A DNA stretch of 64,000 bases from Flavobacteriales bacterium (GTDB lineage: Bacteria > Bacteroidota > Bacteroidia > Flavobacteriales_D > JAUILH01): the NCBI GenBank assembly GCA_964230025.1, contig CAXRFO010000012.1, positions 923,652 through 987,651 on the forward strand. The letters run 5' to 3'. The notes beneath the pieces are model-generated. The model saw nothing but the letters and a program-made list of their open reading frames with translations. It was not told the origin of the DNA and made no database searches. The position numbers and the translations under genes are program-made. This document shows, piece by piece, positions 63,771 to 64,000 of this stretch. Every line of letters begins with the position of its first letter. Position 1 is the stretch's first letter.

Positions 63771-64000
63771 ATGAAAAAGACCTTTTTAATTTTAGCCTGT
63801 TTTCTATGGGCTAATTTCTCATTCGGACAACTTATTGTTGACAATACCATCACACCCCAACAAGCGGTACAAAATATACTCCTTGGGCCTGGAGTATCTG
63901 CATCAAACATTACTTTTTCAGGAGACAATAATCAAGTGGGCTCATTTGATGCAACTGCTGTGAACATTGGAATTAATTATGGTGTCATATTGGCAACCGG
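63771..64000 (+). CDS. 5' end of a secreted protein (choice-of-anchor-L-like N-terminus typical of large T9SS adhesins), truncated by the window edge
   Basis: My own translation: MKKTFLILACFLWANFSFGQLIVDNTITPQQAVQNILLGPGVSASNITFSGDNNQVGSFDATAVNIGINYGVILATG. Open to the window end. Absent from the ORF track because it has no stop. Confidence 0.6.
   Translation, partial: MKKTFLILACFLWANFSFGQLIVDNTITPQQAVQNILLGPGVSASNITFSGDNNQVGSFDATAVNIGINYGVILAT

Noticed and set aside
1-64000. CRISPR arrays, transposases/IS elements, prophage genes, toxin-antitoxin pairs and known defence-system signatures.
   Set aside because: I saw no spaced direct-repeat arrays. I recognised no transposase, integrase, reverse-transcriptase or Cas-like ORFs. 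The only nuclease-helicase (34892-38005) looks like a housekeeping AddA/RecB-type enzyme. Absence is judged by eye only.

Overview
Visibly AT-rich, very gene-dense chromosomal segment: about 58 CDS, 1 tRNA, and no rRNA, CRISPR, transposase or integrase that I could see. It looks like Bacteroidota, most likely a Flavobacteriia-type organism. Supporting evidence is the overlapping gldB-gldC gliding-motility genes, four complete proteins with T9SS C-terminal sorting domains plus a fifth probable surface protein cut by the window edge, a TonB-dependent transporter, and many TAnnTTTG (-7) promoter boxes. Most of the window is core metabolism and housekeeping: the yceD-rpmF-plsX-fabH-accB-accC lipid cluster, purD, nadE, kdsB, tsaB, Fe/Mn SOD, pepD, several peptidases, tryptophan 2,3-dioxygenase, ALDH7- and ALDH8-like dehydrogenases, an AddA-like helicase-nuclease, a 1224-aa orphan histidine kinase, and tRNA-Arg(CCU). 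The most system-like and least characterised region is a divergent locus at about 21.0-29.2 kb. It has two EEP-family nucleases (one T9SS-sorted) facing a TonB-dependent transporter, followed by two paralogous surface proteins with permuted domain order. I interpret it as a candidate extracellular-DNA harvesting locus, an ExeM/NucH-type nuclease split across genes; this is inference only. Other points worth a second look: (1) -7 promoter boxes sit 4-5 nt from start codons, implying leaderless mRNAs. (2) A rhomboid homologue has Thr in place of the catalytic Ser, inside a tight 5-gene array led by a partner-less AddA-like gene. (3) A leaderless radical-SAM/SPASM - DUF4268 - mono-haem lipoprotein unit. 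(4) A short YD-repeat protein. (5) Several convergent gene pairs have abutting or overlapping stop codons. All functional calls rest on motif and family recognition by eye. No searches were run.
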